64,000 nt of DNA from Eledone cirrhosa. Its lineage: Eukaryota. Below the pieces are notes generated by a model. It searched no databases and was not told the DNA's origin. It worked only from the letters and a program-made list of their open reading frames with translations. The first letter of the stretch is position 1. The number at the start of each line of letters is the position of its first letter. This document shows, piece after piece, positions 28,752 through 44,211 of the stretch. The stretch covers positions 138,880,001 to 138,944,000 of the forward strand of contig OZ024740.1 of the NCBI GenBank assembly GCA_964016885.1, given 5' to 3'. Both the position numbers and the translations under genes were made by a program.

Positions 28752-28995
28752 ATTGCAATGGTGAAAAGACGGAAGCTTGCTTCGTATAGTCATGTATCCC
28801 ACCACAACTCCTGTCTAAAACCATTCTTCGGGGGCATAGTGGAGGGAAAGCGAAGGGGAGGCAGTCAAAGAAAATTCTGGTTACAACACTGAGACCCTTC
28901 TACGCATGACGGAGAATAGAGACCAGAGGCGACGGCTAACTATGAAATCGTCTAGAGTGGCACCCCAGACTGGTTGCTCTGGTTGCGGGAACATG
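28752..28995 (+). mobile_element. RTE-clade LINE 3' fragment
   Basis: VKRRKLASYSHVSHH..GIVEGKRRGGSQRKFW matches the RTE ORF C-terminus. Confidence 0.65.
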
Positions 28996-29862
28996 ACATA
29001 CATGCGTGTGTATCTATGTATGTATATGTTCTGTCTACCAAATGTTTGATCTATGGTTTTTCCTTTGATCTATTCTAGGCTACAATAAATTATATTTGCT
29101 CAAGGTGGGTGCCATATAGTGTGTTCAAACACGAAACCACACAGTTGTTGTGAAGTGAACTTCTTAACCACACAACCACGCCTAAGCCGATTATGTATAC
29201 GCGGAAAATTACGTTAGGCATTATAGAATACACAAACGAATTATTCCTCAACCAGAAAGCATTACTAGCTTTACTCTCAAGTGATTTAGAGAAATTATTA
29301 TTGGTGAGTTGTTTATATTCGTGTTTATTGAAATGGTGCTTTTTTGTATTGATATATATACTGGACTAACTACGATTTGTGTGTACACACAAAAAAAAAA
29401 AAAATCAATTACTCGAAAAACGAAAACTGGCCTGCAATAGAAAACAAATAACAAAAAAAAAAAAAAAAAAAAAAAAAAACATTCACATTGTTACTTAGCA
29501 ACAGAATTTCATATATTGGTGCCTATGAAAATTAGTAACGATGGCTATAATGGTTAGTATAAATATTTATTAATAATGGCTATAATAGTTACAAGGGTGA
29601 AAAGTGACACTGAAATAGCAATCATATCCGTAGAGAAATGTTTGCTTTCTGTTTTGTTTTTTCATTCGTTAACACTCTTTTTTTCATATCGGAATAAATA
29701 TTTCTCCTGATTATATAACAGAATAGACGTGCCAATATCGAACATAACAACTACTTTGTATTGTTTTTGTTTGTTTTTTAGTGCTGTTATGACTGATTTT
29801 ATGTTGTTCTTTATATAAAGTGTCTTTCCAAAGACAATATTATCAACAACTTTTCTAGCTAT

Positions 29863-29942
<80 letters not shown>

Positions 29943-30020
29943 TATATATATATTTGTGTGTGTGTGTGCAGTTCAAAATTTAGAAAATCTTTATATATAT
30001 ATATAAATTTAGAAAGTCTT

Positions 30021-30068
<48 letters not shown>

Positions 30069-30127
30069 CAAGGTTTAGCAAATAAGAAAAAGTAAAAAAA
30101 TTTTTTTTTTTAAATTCATTGTACCTG

Positions 30128-30232
<105 letters not shown>

Positions 30233-30527
30233 AGAGAGAGAGAGTGAGATTTAAATTATTGTCCATCTGTCACTACTTTCTTTAGTTTGAAATATGTACC
30301 TAGGCAACCTTAAAATTTCGAAAATTAATTTTTTTTAAAACAAAGCACAAATAAATGGCTGCAGATACAAATAATATATGTAAGATAACCAAAATAAGTA
30401 GAATTAGCAACTTTTGGTCGTATCATTTGTCGTGTCTGTCTGTAACCTCGTTATACGGAATTAGTTCTGCTTTAAATATTAATCTAATTCGTCGTATTAA
30501 TTCATTATTCATCATTATCAAAACTTA

Positions 30528-30993
30528 TCTATATATCTAAAACAGAGAATGTCTGTTTGTCTGTCTGTCTGACTCCTTAAAACTCGAGAATCACCCAACC
30601 GATTGTTTTCAAACTTTACACATATAATACTTATGGTCCTGTGAGTGTTTTCAGCAAAGAAGTATTTCAAATTTCCAATGCCCTAGGGACCTCATTAGGC
30701 AATTTAGCGATCTCTCTCTATAATTCTTAGTCTTTCTTTTTAAATAGATACATAGATATAACGTTGCGCCCTTATAATATCTGTCTGTATGTCTGACTGT
30801 CTGCATTGCGATCTTATGACGCTATATATGTGTGTATATGTATAGATAGTGTGTGTGTATATATATATAGTGTGTGTAACGTTTTTCAAAATATTTACTT
30901 CTGCGTTCACAGATCGATTTTTTAGTTTCAGAAGATCCCGTTAAGGGTGAAAGCAGCGATTCTTTGCTTAAATGCTTAAACTTTAATCTGTTA

Positions 30994-31067
<74 letters not shown>

Positions 31068-31190
31068 TATATTCCTGTACAGAAATATAAACAAACGTAT
31101 TTATTTCACGAGGCTCGATAAGGATAAATATATATCAAATATATAAGAACCATAGAGCAAATCCCGAGCAACGCCAAGCAATTCTGCTAG
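30528..31190 (+). mobile_element. non-autonomous Helitron, same family
   Basis: A|TC start at 30528, CTAG|T end at 31190, decayed 3' hairpin. Confidence 0.85.
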
Positions 31191-31254
31191 TTATTAATAT
31201 TATTGCATCGACAAAAGAAACGACGCAGCTTTCAAGCTATTTAAGTTTTTACAA

Positions 31255-31294
<40 letters not shown>

Positions 31295-31298
<4 letters not shown>

Positions 31299-34080
31299 GT
31301 GTTGTGCCATAAAAAGCAAGGTCACAATACTAACGCTCCATGTGTATTTTCCCATTATAAATGCCCCAATTGGTAAAATAAAACATATTTTGTATAAAAT
31401 AAATTATTTTGAGTTTTGCCTATGGTGATTATAGTGGAAAGTGTGATTATGTTGCATGAAATCATGAAAATGTGAAACCAAATATGACCATACAATAATT
31501 GTTTATTTTATTAATCCATTATATTTAGTAAACCACATTTGAATATAAAGGCGTATAAGGAAGAAACAAGTTCAGTTAAGTTAACTCCAGTCATATTTTT
31601 TTCAGAGTTTCTTTTTTGAAATCCGGGACCTTGCGACGATGAGCTTCGACTACTTGAAGAACACACTGCCTCTCCTCCTCATTCTTGGTGATGGCAACAA
31701 AATTAGTTATCAACTTGACTGCCCTCTCCGCCAGATCGTTGACTATCTTGATATTGTGAACAACAGCACAGGCAATTTGATATGACGCTTGTGATGACCA
31801 AGTTGCAGGTGACAGCTCAAGCCAAGTATCGTCGAGACCATAGAGATCAAACAGACGCCTTGATTTCTTCCCAACTAGATGAGGCAGCTTCGTGGACGAC
31901 TTCAACTCGGGAAATACTGGAGCACCGCGGTCGAGAGACCCAGACGTTTTCGTTTTGACAAGACGTTAGGCTATTTGTTTCTTCTCGGATTCTTGGACCC
32001 GACTTGAAAATAGCGCTAGCGGAATGGCTTCCTCCATCAGGTATCAAAGATGCCTGCTCAGAGCAGTAGTGGCTGCCTGCGAGAGATCTTTGTCAACCTT
32101 ACTGTACTGTGTCAACTCCACGTAGAATTGAAGGTCATGGGATGGTGCATCAGCACACTTGACTGTTGTCAGCCAGTATCGCACGTAGAACAGAGCATTG
32201 AACATACAGATCCGGCGCAAAGTTTCCATTTTAGTTTGATCGTAATTGAGTCGCTCACCAAATGCATACATCTTTGCACTATAGATGATTGTGGACATCC
32301 ACCGAGCGTTATGATGTGCACCAGGCAGCATCCAATGAATTCCACGAAGAGGGGTGACACCAAGCAAGATCAACATGAACTAGGTACATTCTCGGTAGTC
32401 GTCCCCTGGAAGAGAACTCATATTCCCATCGTCGGATGTCAGCAAATCTTGGAGGAACTTGATGTTCTCAGAACACAGACGCTTGAGTCTCCGGTCGACA
32501 ATGTTCAATGTTTTAAAGTTGGTCTTGTCCGTGAGTGACACCCAATCTTTTTTGAACTCCTTGATCTCTGGGGTGTCTGGACTAGACATTGCTCCGAATA
32601 GTTGTTGCCACACTACACACAAGATACGCTCCATGACATGGTGCCGACAAGCAAAATAAAACACCTTTTTGTTGAGCATCTCTTCTAGTTTCACGCAGGC
32701 ACAATTTTTCCATCCATAATTCGAAGCAGTTGTGTCGAAGACCAAGCCCACCACAGACCCATCAACATTCCAATCTTTAACAAGATTAAATGATGCTTTG
32801 GCTTGGGTGGTTCCAGTGCCATCAGGAATTATGGGAACACCGAGGAATTTACCTTCTCTGAAGTCCGGAGTTCCAGCAACTAGCACACCTAGCCTCTCGT
32901 GGTCACCAGGAATTATTTTGCCATCCCAATGCAAGGTAACAAAGTCTGGTACAGCAAATTGTTCCTTTATATGTTCATCCCCCGCAGTTCTGATCTTCTT
33001 AGCTGCCCGTCTGCTACTATTTTTGGAGAGAGTTGTGGCGTCTATGTCAGTCCCACCCTCAGAAATAATCGATGCCATGAATGCTGTTCTCTGGCCCAGT
33101 GTCAGGTTTAAACGATCAGCCATTAGAGAAATTTTTGGACTTTGAAATGGATTCTTTGGGAGTTCCAGCTAGATTTTTCGTTTCTTGTCTGACTTTTAGC
33201 TGTCTCTGGTGGGTTTGAGGCCTGAAATTCAGGATCCTGTTCATCTTCAGTTTCATCATTGGTTGAACTTAAATCACTCAGTTCATTACGTGGAAGTTGT
33301 GCTGCTACAGATCCTGACAAACACTTTCTATGGTTCTCTGACTCTCGACGAGCCACAGGAAAACCTGATCACGCTTAAACTTTGAAGATTCCTTTTTCTG
33401 GTAACCCTTGTCTTCAGCACCCAGAGATACTTTTTTCTGGCAACGCAAGGCTTCGAGAAATGTAGCATCTTCCATTTTCTGTTCATTATTGCGAAGACGG
33501 TCTTTCAAAATTTTCTTTTCAGCATCAGTATGTGCAATGTAGAAATACGAATCCAATTCAGAAATAAATAATGCTTCCTTTTCGTTGTTTGACTTAGAAC
33601 CTTTGTTTTTTTGTACATGTTTCTGTATTCACTGTACATGTTCATAATTTTCAGTTTCACTTTGTCTTTACGTTGAGTCGCCACACCAGCTTTTTCCCAC
33701 TGACTAACTACTTCCATCACAAGCCAATCCGCAATAGCACCATTGAAGCTCACATGCATTTTGTGTTTCATAGGACCATCTTTCAGGTAGAAGAAATATC
33801 TTAGAATAATTTGTTGGTATTTTGTTTGGTGAAAAGGATGTAACAAATTACCCCAGGAGCCATATTTCTCGATCCCCACAACGGAGCGAGTAGCTACAAC
33901 TAGGCCCACTGGTTTCCGCCATTATTCTGCCAATTTGCAACTATTAGGCAAGGCTTAAATTAGACTGAAATAATCAAAATTACATTATAAATTGATAACA
34001 TACAAAATGGCATGAGAAAATTCATAGGGAGCTAAGAAAAACACATTTTTGTGTAAAATGTGGGATTCTGGAACACCCTA
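31295..34080 (-). mobile_element. hATm-type DNA transposon, apparently full length, inserted in (TA)n
   Basis: Ends TAGAGTGTT (31295) and AACACCCTA (34080), i.e. a TAGGGTG-type TIR; ATATATAT on both flanks. Confidence 0.8.
31591..33922 (-). pseudogene. hATm transposase with several stops and frameshifts
   Basis: ATG at 33922; motifs LHWDGK, FDTTASN, ACRHHVME, PGAHHNARWM and VNDLAERAVKL spread across ORF pieces. Confidence 0.88.
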
Positions 34081-34104
34081 ATATATATATATATATATAT
34101 ACTC

Positions 34105-34156
<52 letters not shown>

Positions 34157-34157
34157 T

Positions 34158-34186
34158 ATACGAGTCCGGGAAACTTATAGGCACCC

Positions 34187-34230
<44 letters not shown>

Positions 34231-34346
34231 AGGGTTGACGGACCCACCATATTTATCAATGCCATTACCGGCTGTATCTCAGCGCACTCAATTGGCAATG
34301 TAAGATACATTACCGTAAAACGGGTGCCTATAAGGTTCCCGGACTC

Positions 34347-34378
<32 letters not shown>

Positions 34379-34515
34379 GAGTCCGGGAACCTTATAGGCA
34401 CCCGTTTTACGTGTGTTGTGTTGAGGCAAATAACTATGTGTATACTCTGGTAATGTATCTTACATTGCCAATTGAGTGCGCTGAGATATAGCCGGTAGCT
34501 GGGTCCGTCAACCCT

Positions 34516-34520
<5 letters not shown>
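34158..34520. repeat. nested inverted repeats centred on (TA)n
   Basis: 34226-34349 mirrored by 34376-34520 with an insertion in each arm; extra direct copy at 34158-34188. Confidence 0.9.
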
Positions 34521-34557
<37 letters not shown>

Positions 34558-34690
34558 AGTAAGTATGTTTTGAAACAGCGAGCAAGTTTGAAATTAGAAA
34601 ATAGAAGCTTTCACCATATTTTTTTACTAAAGAAATTTTAGCCTGATAGTGGGGTTTAGAACCCTCAGAGAAATGGAAAAAGATGAGTAT

Positions 34691-34760
34691 TGACGTACAT
34701 GGGAGTCGAACCTACATCTTTGGATATCCAGACAACTGTGCTATTACACCAACACATCAC
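34691..34760 (-). pseudogene. tRNA-like sequence (pseudo-tRNA or SINE head)
   Basis: Minus strand has A-box-like TGGTGTAATAG, B box GGTTCGACTCC and a pairable acceptor stem GATGTGT/GTACGTC; anticodon arm poor. Confidence 0.45.
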
Positions 34761-34949
34761 CCATCTCCTTCCATTCAAATTAGAAGCTACATTCTTCGCA
34801 AGTATGATGACAAGTAAGTATGTTTTAAAACAACGAGCAAGTTTGAAATTAGAAAATAGAAGTTTTAACCGTATTTTTTAACTAAAGAAATTTTATACTC
34901 GTATATATACATAAACACACATATATATTATATATACATACACATATAC

Positions 34950-34980
<31 letters not shown>

Positions 34981-35712
34981 TGTATGTATGTATGTATGTA
35001 TGTATGTATATCAGTGACGAAGGGTAACCTGGAAATCAATCAGGGCATGCAGTCCAATCGCCATGGTGGAAAGTGGGGCTGTGCAGCCTTACCCCCACCC
35101 CACCCCAATTCCCTCTAAATGACCCTCCCTGTCACAGCCGCATGTAGTGTTATCTAGTGTGTGCGTGTGTGTGTTATCTTTTGATGTGTCTACGTTTAGT
35201 AAGTAGTCAAAATTCTGCTTGCCCCAAAGCTGTCGTGTGTTTGTGTGTATGTGTGTGTGTCTACGATTTAATAAGCAGTCAAAATATATTATATATATAT
35301 ATATATATATATACAACAAGATTATATTATACCAAACCGAGTGAATTATTCTGTTCTTTCTAAATCAGAAACAATGTGTTTGTCTGTATGACTACCCATC
35401 GTGTGTCCCAGTGTTCACACCCTAGATATCAGATTTATATAACAAAGTACTCGAAGATCATTCTCGAAAGAGTCATTTTCTCCATCCTTTACAGAGCTGG
35501 AAGTGATTATTTTAAAGTGGAACAATATCTATTGGTTAGTATACCCGTTCTTGTGGTTAATTTCATTTTTATAATGTCTCATAAATTAAGATGGTGACGC
35601 TCTCCAAACTTGGAACAGAGCTTATTTTATTGGAATTTAGACAACTTGTCTGGCCCATAAAATGTATGTTTTGAATTATGTGTACCAATACAAGGACATT
35701 TTTGATAATAAC

Positions 35713-37494
<1,782 letters not shown>

Positions 37495-37589
37495 CATATA
37501 TATATATGGGGCGGTGCCCCAGCATGGCCTCAGCCGGATGGCTGAAACAGGTAAAAGAGTAAAAGAGTAATATATATATATATATACAT

Positions 37590-40029
37590 ATACAACCCCA
37601 CATCACTAACACAAGAGAGGTAACACCACAGGAGCATGAGGATAGAGAAAAATCCCTCAATGCCCATATGGTGATGTGGACGAATATAATGCAGCCCAAC
37701 AAAAGGACTGCCAACAACTTCCAGGCCTGGAACAATGACGTGCCGGCGTTGTATGGGCTTCGAAAAGACCATAAAACGGGCTGTGACCCTGTCGCGGGAC
37801 CACCAACACGGCCAGTCTGTGGAGCTAACATTGCTAGTAACTACAGACTGTCCTACTTCCTCTCCCTGATCATACGCCCCATCATTGAAATGTCCCCAGA
37901 TGTATGTGACAGCACAGATGACCTCCTCAGCAGAATCGGCGTGAGTAACCGATCTAGGGACCTAACAAACTGCATAATAGGTAGTATGGATGTTGTGTCC
38001 CTGTATCCATCTATTGACGTGGATTTTGCTGCGGAGAAATGCGTAGAAATGATCAGTGAGAGCAATGTTGAGTTCCGTGGGATTGATACCAGTGAGCTGG
38101 GACTCCTACTTAAACTTACCTATAGTAATAATTACCTAGACACATATGACCTTAGCAACCTGTGCCCTACAAGACCAGCAAGAGGCAGACCACCTACCAT
38201 TACCTCAATGGCCAAGAAAACCCACACAGATAGATGGAACGGGTGGACCAGAGCCATACGGACACCCGAAAATCACGATGAACTGAAGAAAATGATTGCA
38301 CATGCGGTAGGGGCCAGCATAAAACTAACCCTTAAGGAACATAGGTTCAAATTTAATGGAAAAACATATGCCCAAGAGGAAGGAGCAGCCATTGGTGTTA
38401 GCATTGCAGGTGACATAGCTAACTTATTCATGGTATGGTGGGACAGTAGACTTAAACTTAAGCTTAAAGAACAATTATAAGATCCCTTAACCCTGATAAT
38501 GTACTCCCGCTACGTTGATGATATAAACATCGTAGTTAAGACACCCCCACTAGAGAACAGTCAGGAACTAGAGAAAAACACAATGGAAAGCATCCAGCAA
38601 ATAGCTAACTCCATCCACCAGAGCATTAGAGTTACTATAGACTACCCAAGTAAACACCCCGACCATCGATTACATGTACTAGACACAGAGCTCTGGTTAG
38701 ATACCATTAATAACAAAAAACAAATCCTCCATTCCCATTATGCCAAACATCTGATCCACCGAAACATGGCCGTTTCGGACCATACCAAAATCAACATACT
38801 GATTGCGGATTTGGTACGGGTGATGAGAAACGTGTCCCACATGTGCAACCCCGAAGAACTAGAAAGACACATACACCACTTCATCCACCGTATGCAGTTC
38901 TCTGGCTACAATCAGAGAGATAAAATCAGAGTGTATAGAGGAGCCAGAACCAAATGGGAAAAAGTGGTAAATAATGACATAAATGGGACCTGCCCCTTGT
39001 ATAGGAGCAAATTTTGGAATAGAATAGAAAGAACTAGGAACAAGGCTAATAGAATAAACTCATGGTATGATAGCAATAAATACCAGAGTGTAATGTTCAT
39101 CGATACAACCCCTAGAGGTGAATTAGCTTACAAATTTAGAAGGGCCCTAAATAAACATAAACTCAATATTAAGATAGTAGAAAGACCAGGTACCTCCGTA
39201 AAAACACTTATTAGCAAGACATACCCTTTTCAAAGACCCTCATGTATAGATAAGAAATGTATAACCTGTAAAATAAGCCCCCATATTAACTGTAAAACTA
39301 GAAATGTAGTGTATAGCATAAGATGTACTGAAGGACAATGTAGAGACAAAAATATAGTGTACATAGGTGAGACAGCTCGTAGTGTAGGGAAAGGGATAAA
39401 TGAACACTGGCGAGACCTTCAAGATAGTAAAGAATCATCTGTACTCTACCAACATGCTAAGATAGAACACAAGGGTAAATTAGAGAACATAGAAATAAAA
39501 ATAGAATCTACACACAGAAAAGACGCAATGTTTAGACAAATTACAGAGGCAATAAACATAAAAGAATTACAACCAAAATTAAATAGAAAATATGAGTGGA
39601 ACAGCAACATCACAACTTACAATTAAGGACAAAATGAAAACACACACACACATAGAACAAACAACCAACCAGTAACATATAAATAAACAAACAAATAAAT
39701 GAACATAAACACACACAGACACCCGGATGTGGCGCATGCGCAGACTGAGCACACAACACACACACAGAAACAAAATGGCGTAGTACAGAACAAAGGAGAG
39801 GCACAGAAACAAAGAAAGGAATCCCCAGTCACTGAAAAGGTCACAGAGTGTGTGACGAAAGAACTATGACAATATATAAACAACTATCTGGTTGTGGAAC
39901 CAACCAACCAACCAGAAATTTATAAATTTATAAATTTATTATAAATTTATTATAATAATAAATTGAAGTGAAAGCAACTGGTGCGTGTGTTTCTTATTGG
40001 CAACTTGACCCTCCCAAAGTATAACAATA
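37590..40029 (+). mobile_element. Penelope-like retroelement (RT plus GIY-YIG), one premature stop
   Basis: ORFs 37668-38480 and 38499-39626 are in frame. [49 protein letters not shown]. Confidence 0.93.
39828..39870 (+). ncRNA. hammerhead motif in PLE terminal repeat (G8 changed to A)
   Basis: GTCA CTGAAAA g GTCACA gagtg TGTGAC GAAA GAAC TA TGAC. Confidence 0.6.
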
Positions 40030-40134
40030 TCGGTTTCAACACACGATTTCAGATAAAGAATCTTGCTAAACAAATTCAGAAACGAAATATATATATGTAT
40101 TTTAATAAATATATATATATATATATATATTTTA

Positions 40135-40173
<39 letters not shown>

Positions 40174-40189
40174 TATATATATATATATG

Positions 40190-40750
40190 ACACTCTCACA
40201 CACACCTTGGTATTATGCCAATACTATATATCATTTCACACCTTTTATTATTAAGGTTTTTGATGTTCTATTGAGAGAATCGTTTTTACTGAAAATATCG
40301 AATAATGTACACCATTTTACCAGTATCACAAAAATACTGGTCCACCCACACACACACACACACATTCTCACACACACACACACACACATATATATACACA
40401 CACACACACATATATACACACACACATACACACGCGTACATTAACATACAAAGAGACATACACACACATACACATACACACGCGTACATTAACATACAAA
40501 GAGACATACACACACACACACACACACACACTTCTCCATATAAGACAAGGGCTGAAAAAATCTTTTAACATGTTAAAATATCCCCCACACACTTACAGAC
40601 ACATTCCTACTGACCATCCCTCTACCACGAATTACTCTGCTACACACACACTTGTCTTAATAGGCATTTGAACTGTCAACAGGCTGCGGTACGCACACAC
40701 ATCCCTGCTGACCATTATCACAACAACGAACCTCTTTACTACTACTACTA

Positions 40751-40806
<56 letters not shown>

Positions 40807-41215
40807 TTGTTTTGAAAGACTTATTTTTCAGTGACTTCTCAATCAGCCGACACAAATCTACATTTGGCGCAAAATCAATTTTTAACATTCACATGACCTC
40901 TACCGACCAATCAAAATTGTTTTGACCACAAGAATTTTTTCAACACGAATTGGCGCGAAACTTATTTAAATACATCTGGAGCGACTTTTTTCACATAAAA
41001 CAGGTAGAATTTCCAAAACTAATCAGATTAGAGCAAACATCACGGACGCTTCATCTCAAAATTATTTTTGAATAGCATTAGAAATGCGCAACCGGTAAAA
41101 CTTAAAACCAAAACTGAATACTAACCAATACTATTACTAATTTTCGCTTATTCCTAATTAAACTGTTTTTCACTGTGAACAATTTGTCAGCATTTTCTTT
41201 TCCGTTTACCAATAT
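40190..41215 (+). repeat. unclassified 1-kb interspersed repeat
   Basis: Colinear diverged copy at about 56874-57835. Confidence 0.85.
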
Positions 41216-41261
41216 ATATACATATATATATATACATATATATATATACATATATATATAT

Positions 41262-41885
41262 ATAAACAGAAAAAAATGAAACGAAATTTCATTTCCCACT
41301 CTTAGTACGGCTGTTACTTAAATATAAGTATGGACACGTACATACATATATGTATACAGACGTACAGTAGTATGTATATATATATACATACATGCACACA
41401 TATATATATGTACGTATGGATTCCCCGAATAATTTATTATAAGGCTCGGTGTGTTTGTAAACAAACATCCCGTATTAAGCCGTAGTGTCTAGCAACCATC
41501 GTTGCTCGTTTGTTCAACACTGACAAAGGAACGCTGTACTAGTTTCAAGCTTATTAGCTATCGTCAGCAACGTATACCTTCCTGCCAGATTGTTGAACGT
41601 ATATACTTACCTTATGCATATTAACGGCTGAGTAGCCCAATTTGCATATCGAGTGGGTTAATCGGCCGGGTGCACCGAAAACGATAAACAGAAAAAAATG
41701 AAACGAAATTTCATTTCCCACTCTTAGTACGGCTGTTACTTAAATATAAGTATGTACACGTACATACATATATGTATACAGACGTACAGTAGTATGTATA
41801 TATATATATACATACATGCACACATATATATATGTACGTATGAATTCACCGAACATTTATTATAATGTTCGGTGTGTTTGTAAAC
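41262..41885 (+). repeat. unclassified tandem repeat, unit about 420-480 bp
   Basis: Unit restarts at 41262 and 41684; a reverse-complement array lies at 52115-53035. Confidence 0.85.
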
Positions 41886-41906
41886 ATATACATATATGTA
41901 TATATA

Positions 41907-41999
<93 letters not shown>

Positions 42000-42009
42000 C
42001 TGTGTGTGT

Positions 42010-42190
42010 GTATGACACCCCCATTGTGTCTAATAGAGAGAAGTTAATATTATTATTTCATTGTTAAATTGGTTTTGCTATTGTGCACTTTTACTCGAGC
42101 TTATTGTAAACCCCCACTGTCCGTGTCTTTGTATTGTCCCCTACATGTCGGCCCTTGTGGCCAATAAATGAAATCATTATTATTATTATT
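42010..42190 (+). mobile_element. Tx1-like LINE 3' UTR fragment
   Basis: Ends CCCTTGTGGCCAATAAATGAAATC plus (ATT)n, like 48828-48890. Confidence 0.6.
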
Positions 42191-42194
42191 ACTG

Positions 42195-42371
42195 TGGATT
42201 GGTAGTATCGGTAGAGAGTCGGACACCATGCTTTGAGTTACATCCCTTTATGATCTGAGTTCAAATCCCGCCGAGGTTAACTTCCCCTTTCATCCTTACG
42301 GAGTCGATTAAATAAAGTACCAGTAATGTACTGGGTAATTGCTGGCCTTGTGCCTGAGAATAGAAACAATT
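42195..42371 (+). mobile_element. SINE family B
   Basis: B box GAGTTCAAATCC followed by the shared body. Confidence 0.8.
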
Positions 42372-43660
42372 ATTATTATTATTACTATTTCTTCTTTCTG
42401 AGACTTGTTTTGCTGCATTACTAAACAAAGAAGACGGGTCATAACTAATAATTACTTTCTCCTGGTGATTATGTTCGCATCACTCTTCTCAAAATTCTAG
42501 CTGTTCCTAGGAGAGTCGTTTTCTGGAGGTATACTACCTTAGCTTGGATCCCAAGTTTTTCTATTCATTTTTCTAAGTTCTTAGACACACAACCAAGAGC
42601 ACCTATCACTATTGTTATGACTTCAACCTTTCTCAGATTCCATATTCTTTGGACTTCAATTCTAATGTACTGCTATTTATCAACTTTCTCCATTCCTTTT
42701 AGGTGGATCCTCTCTTCTGCAGGAATGGCGACATGACACATCCTCTCTCCTTTTCTATTACAACTATGTCAGTTCTCCTTGCAGTTATTATATTATCACA
42801 TGTTCCATAAGACCTTTATGTCATCATTCTACTCCTTCTGGTTGATGTTCATATTACAGTTCATTTCCTTCCAGATGATACTTCTCACAGAACTTTCAAT
42901 GGATAATCTTAGCAACTGTCTCGTGTCTTCTCTTGTATTCTTGTTGGGCTAACTTGGGGCATTCACTAATGAGGTGATACACACTCTTTTTCTTTTTACT
43001 ACATAGTCTACATAGGGGTGAATCTACAGTTTTATCTACTTTCTTTTCAGTCAAATTGGTTCTGACTACTTGTTCTTGAGCGGAGAAAAATAGTGCTTCA
43101 GTTGTTGTTTTGAGATTTACTTAGCCAGTCCCAAAATTTCTCCTTATGGGTTGTGTTTGAAATTCTCTCACAAACTGTCCATACATTTTGTTTCTTTTCC
43201 GTTTAGCCTTCTTTTCATTTTTCCTTTCCTGTTTATAATCATTCTTAAGCTAAGTATTTTCAGTGTCAATGACACCAATTCTTTTTACCGTTTTTAACAG
43301 TAATTCTTCCCAATTCCTGATAAACCAAGCAAGATTAATCTCCTCAAACTTCACCTATTCCCCACACCCTATTAATCCTCTTTCTCCTTTGTTCCATGTT
43401 ACATATATTCTGTCTACATCACTTTTAGGTTGAAGTGCTCCATACATGGTAATCAATTTTCTCTTCTTTCTATCAAGGCAGTTTAGCTCATCTAATGGCC
43501 ATTTCCCAGTTCCCGCACTATATCTCAACACTGCTGCCGCCTATGAATTAATTGCCGTTATCTTAAACTAACCATTAAGTTTCGACTTAAGTACGCATGT
43601 TGCCCTTCTTTTAATATTATTGTTTTTAATGTTTTTTTCCTTTTCCTTCAGTATTGTTTC
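42372..43660 (-). mobile_element. Dong/R4-clade non-LTR retrotransposon, 3' part, decayed
   Basis: Minus strand encodes ..KSDVDRIYV..GERGL.., CRLC..ESVYHLISECPKLAQQEYKRRH.., IVIGALG..LLGTARILRRV* (CCHC plus restriction-like endonuclease region); abuts (TAA)n. Confidence 0.8.
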
Positions 43661-43904
43661 TGATATATGCCGAGTCTCTTCCTGACACCGAGGCAAATAA
43701 ATTCACTGTATACATTGGTAAGCTAGTTAATACACCACATTGATTATAATTTACAGCTTATATATATATATATATGTATATATATATACATACACATGCA
43801 TATATACACTATATACACTATATACACTATACACACACATATACACACACATATACACACATATATATACATACACATATATACACACATATACATATAT
43901 ACAC

Positions 43905-44095
43905 ACGGGGTTGGGCGCCATGCTTTGCAGCATAGACTTACGGCCCTTTATGATCTGAGGTCAAATCCCGCCGAGGTTAACTTTGCCTTTCATCCTTATG
44001 GGGTCGATAAAATAAAGTACCAGTCACGCACTGGGATCGATTTAATCGACTTCTCCCCCCCCCCCAATTGCTGGCCTTATGCCTATATAAGAAAC
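43905..44095 (+). mobile_element. SINE family B
   Basis: Shared body with 42195 and 63362. Confidence 0.8.
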
Positions 44096-44128
44096 CATTT
44101 ATGTAAACCCTTGTGGTTAATAAAGAAA

Positions 44129-44211
<83 letters not shown>

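Noticed and set aside
35011-35045. GTGACGA AGG gtaa CCT g GAAA
   Set aside because: C3 is missing and stem I does not pair.
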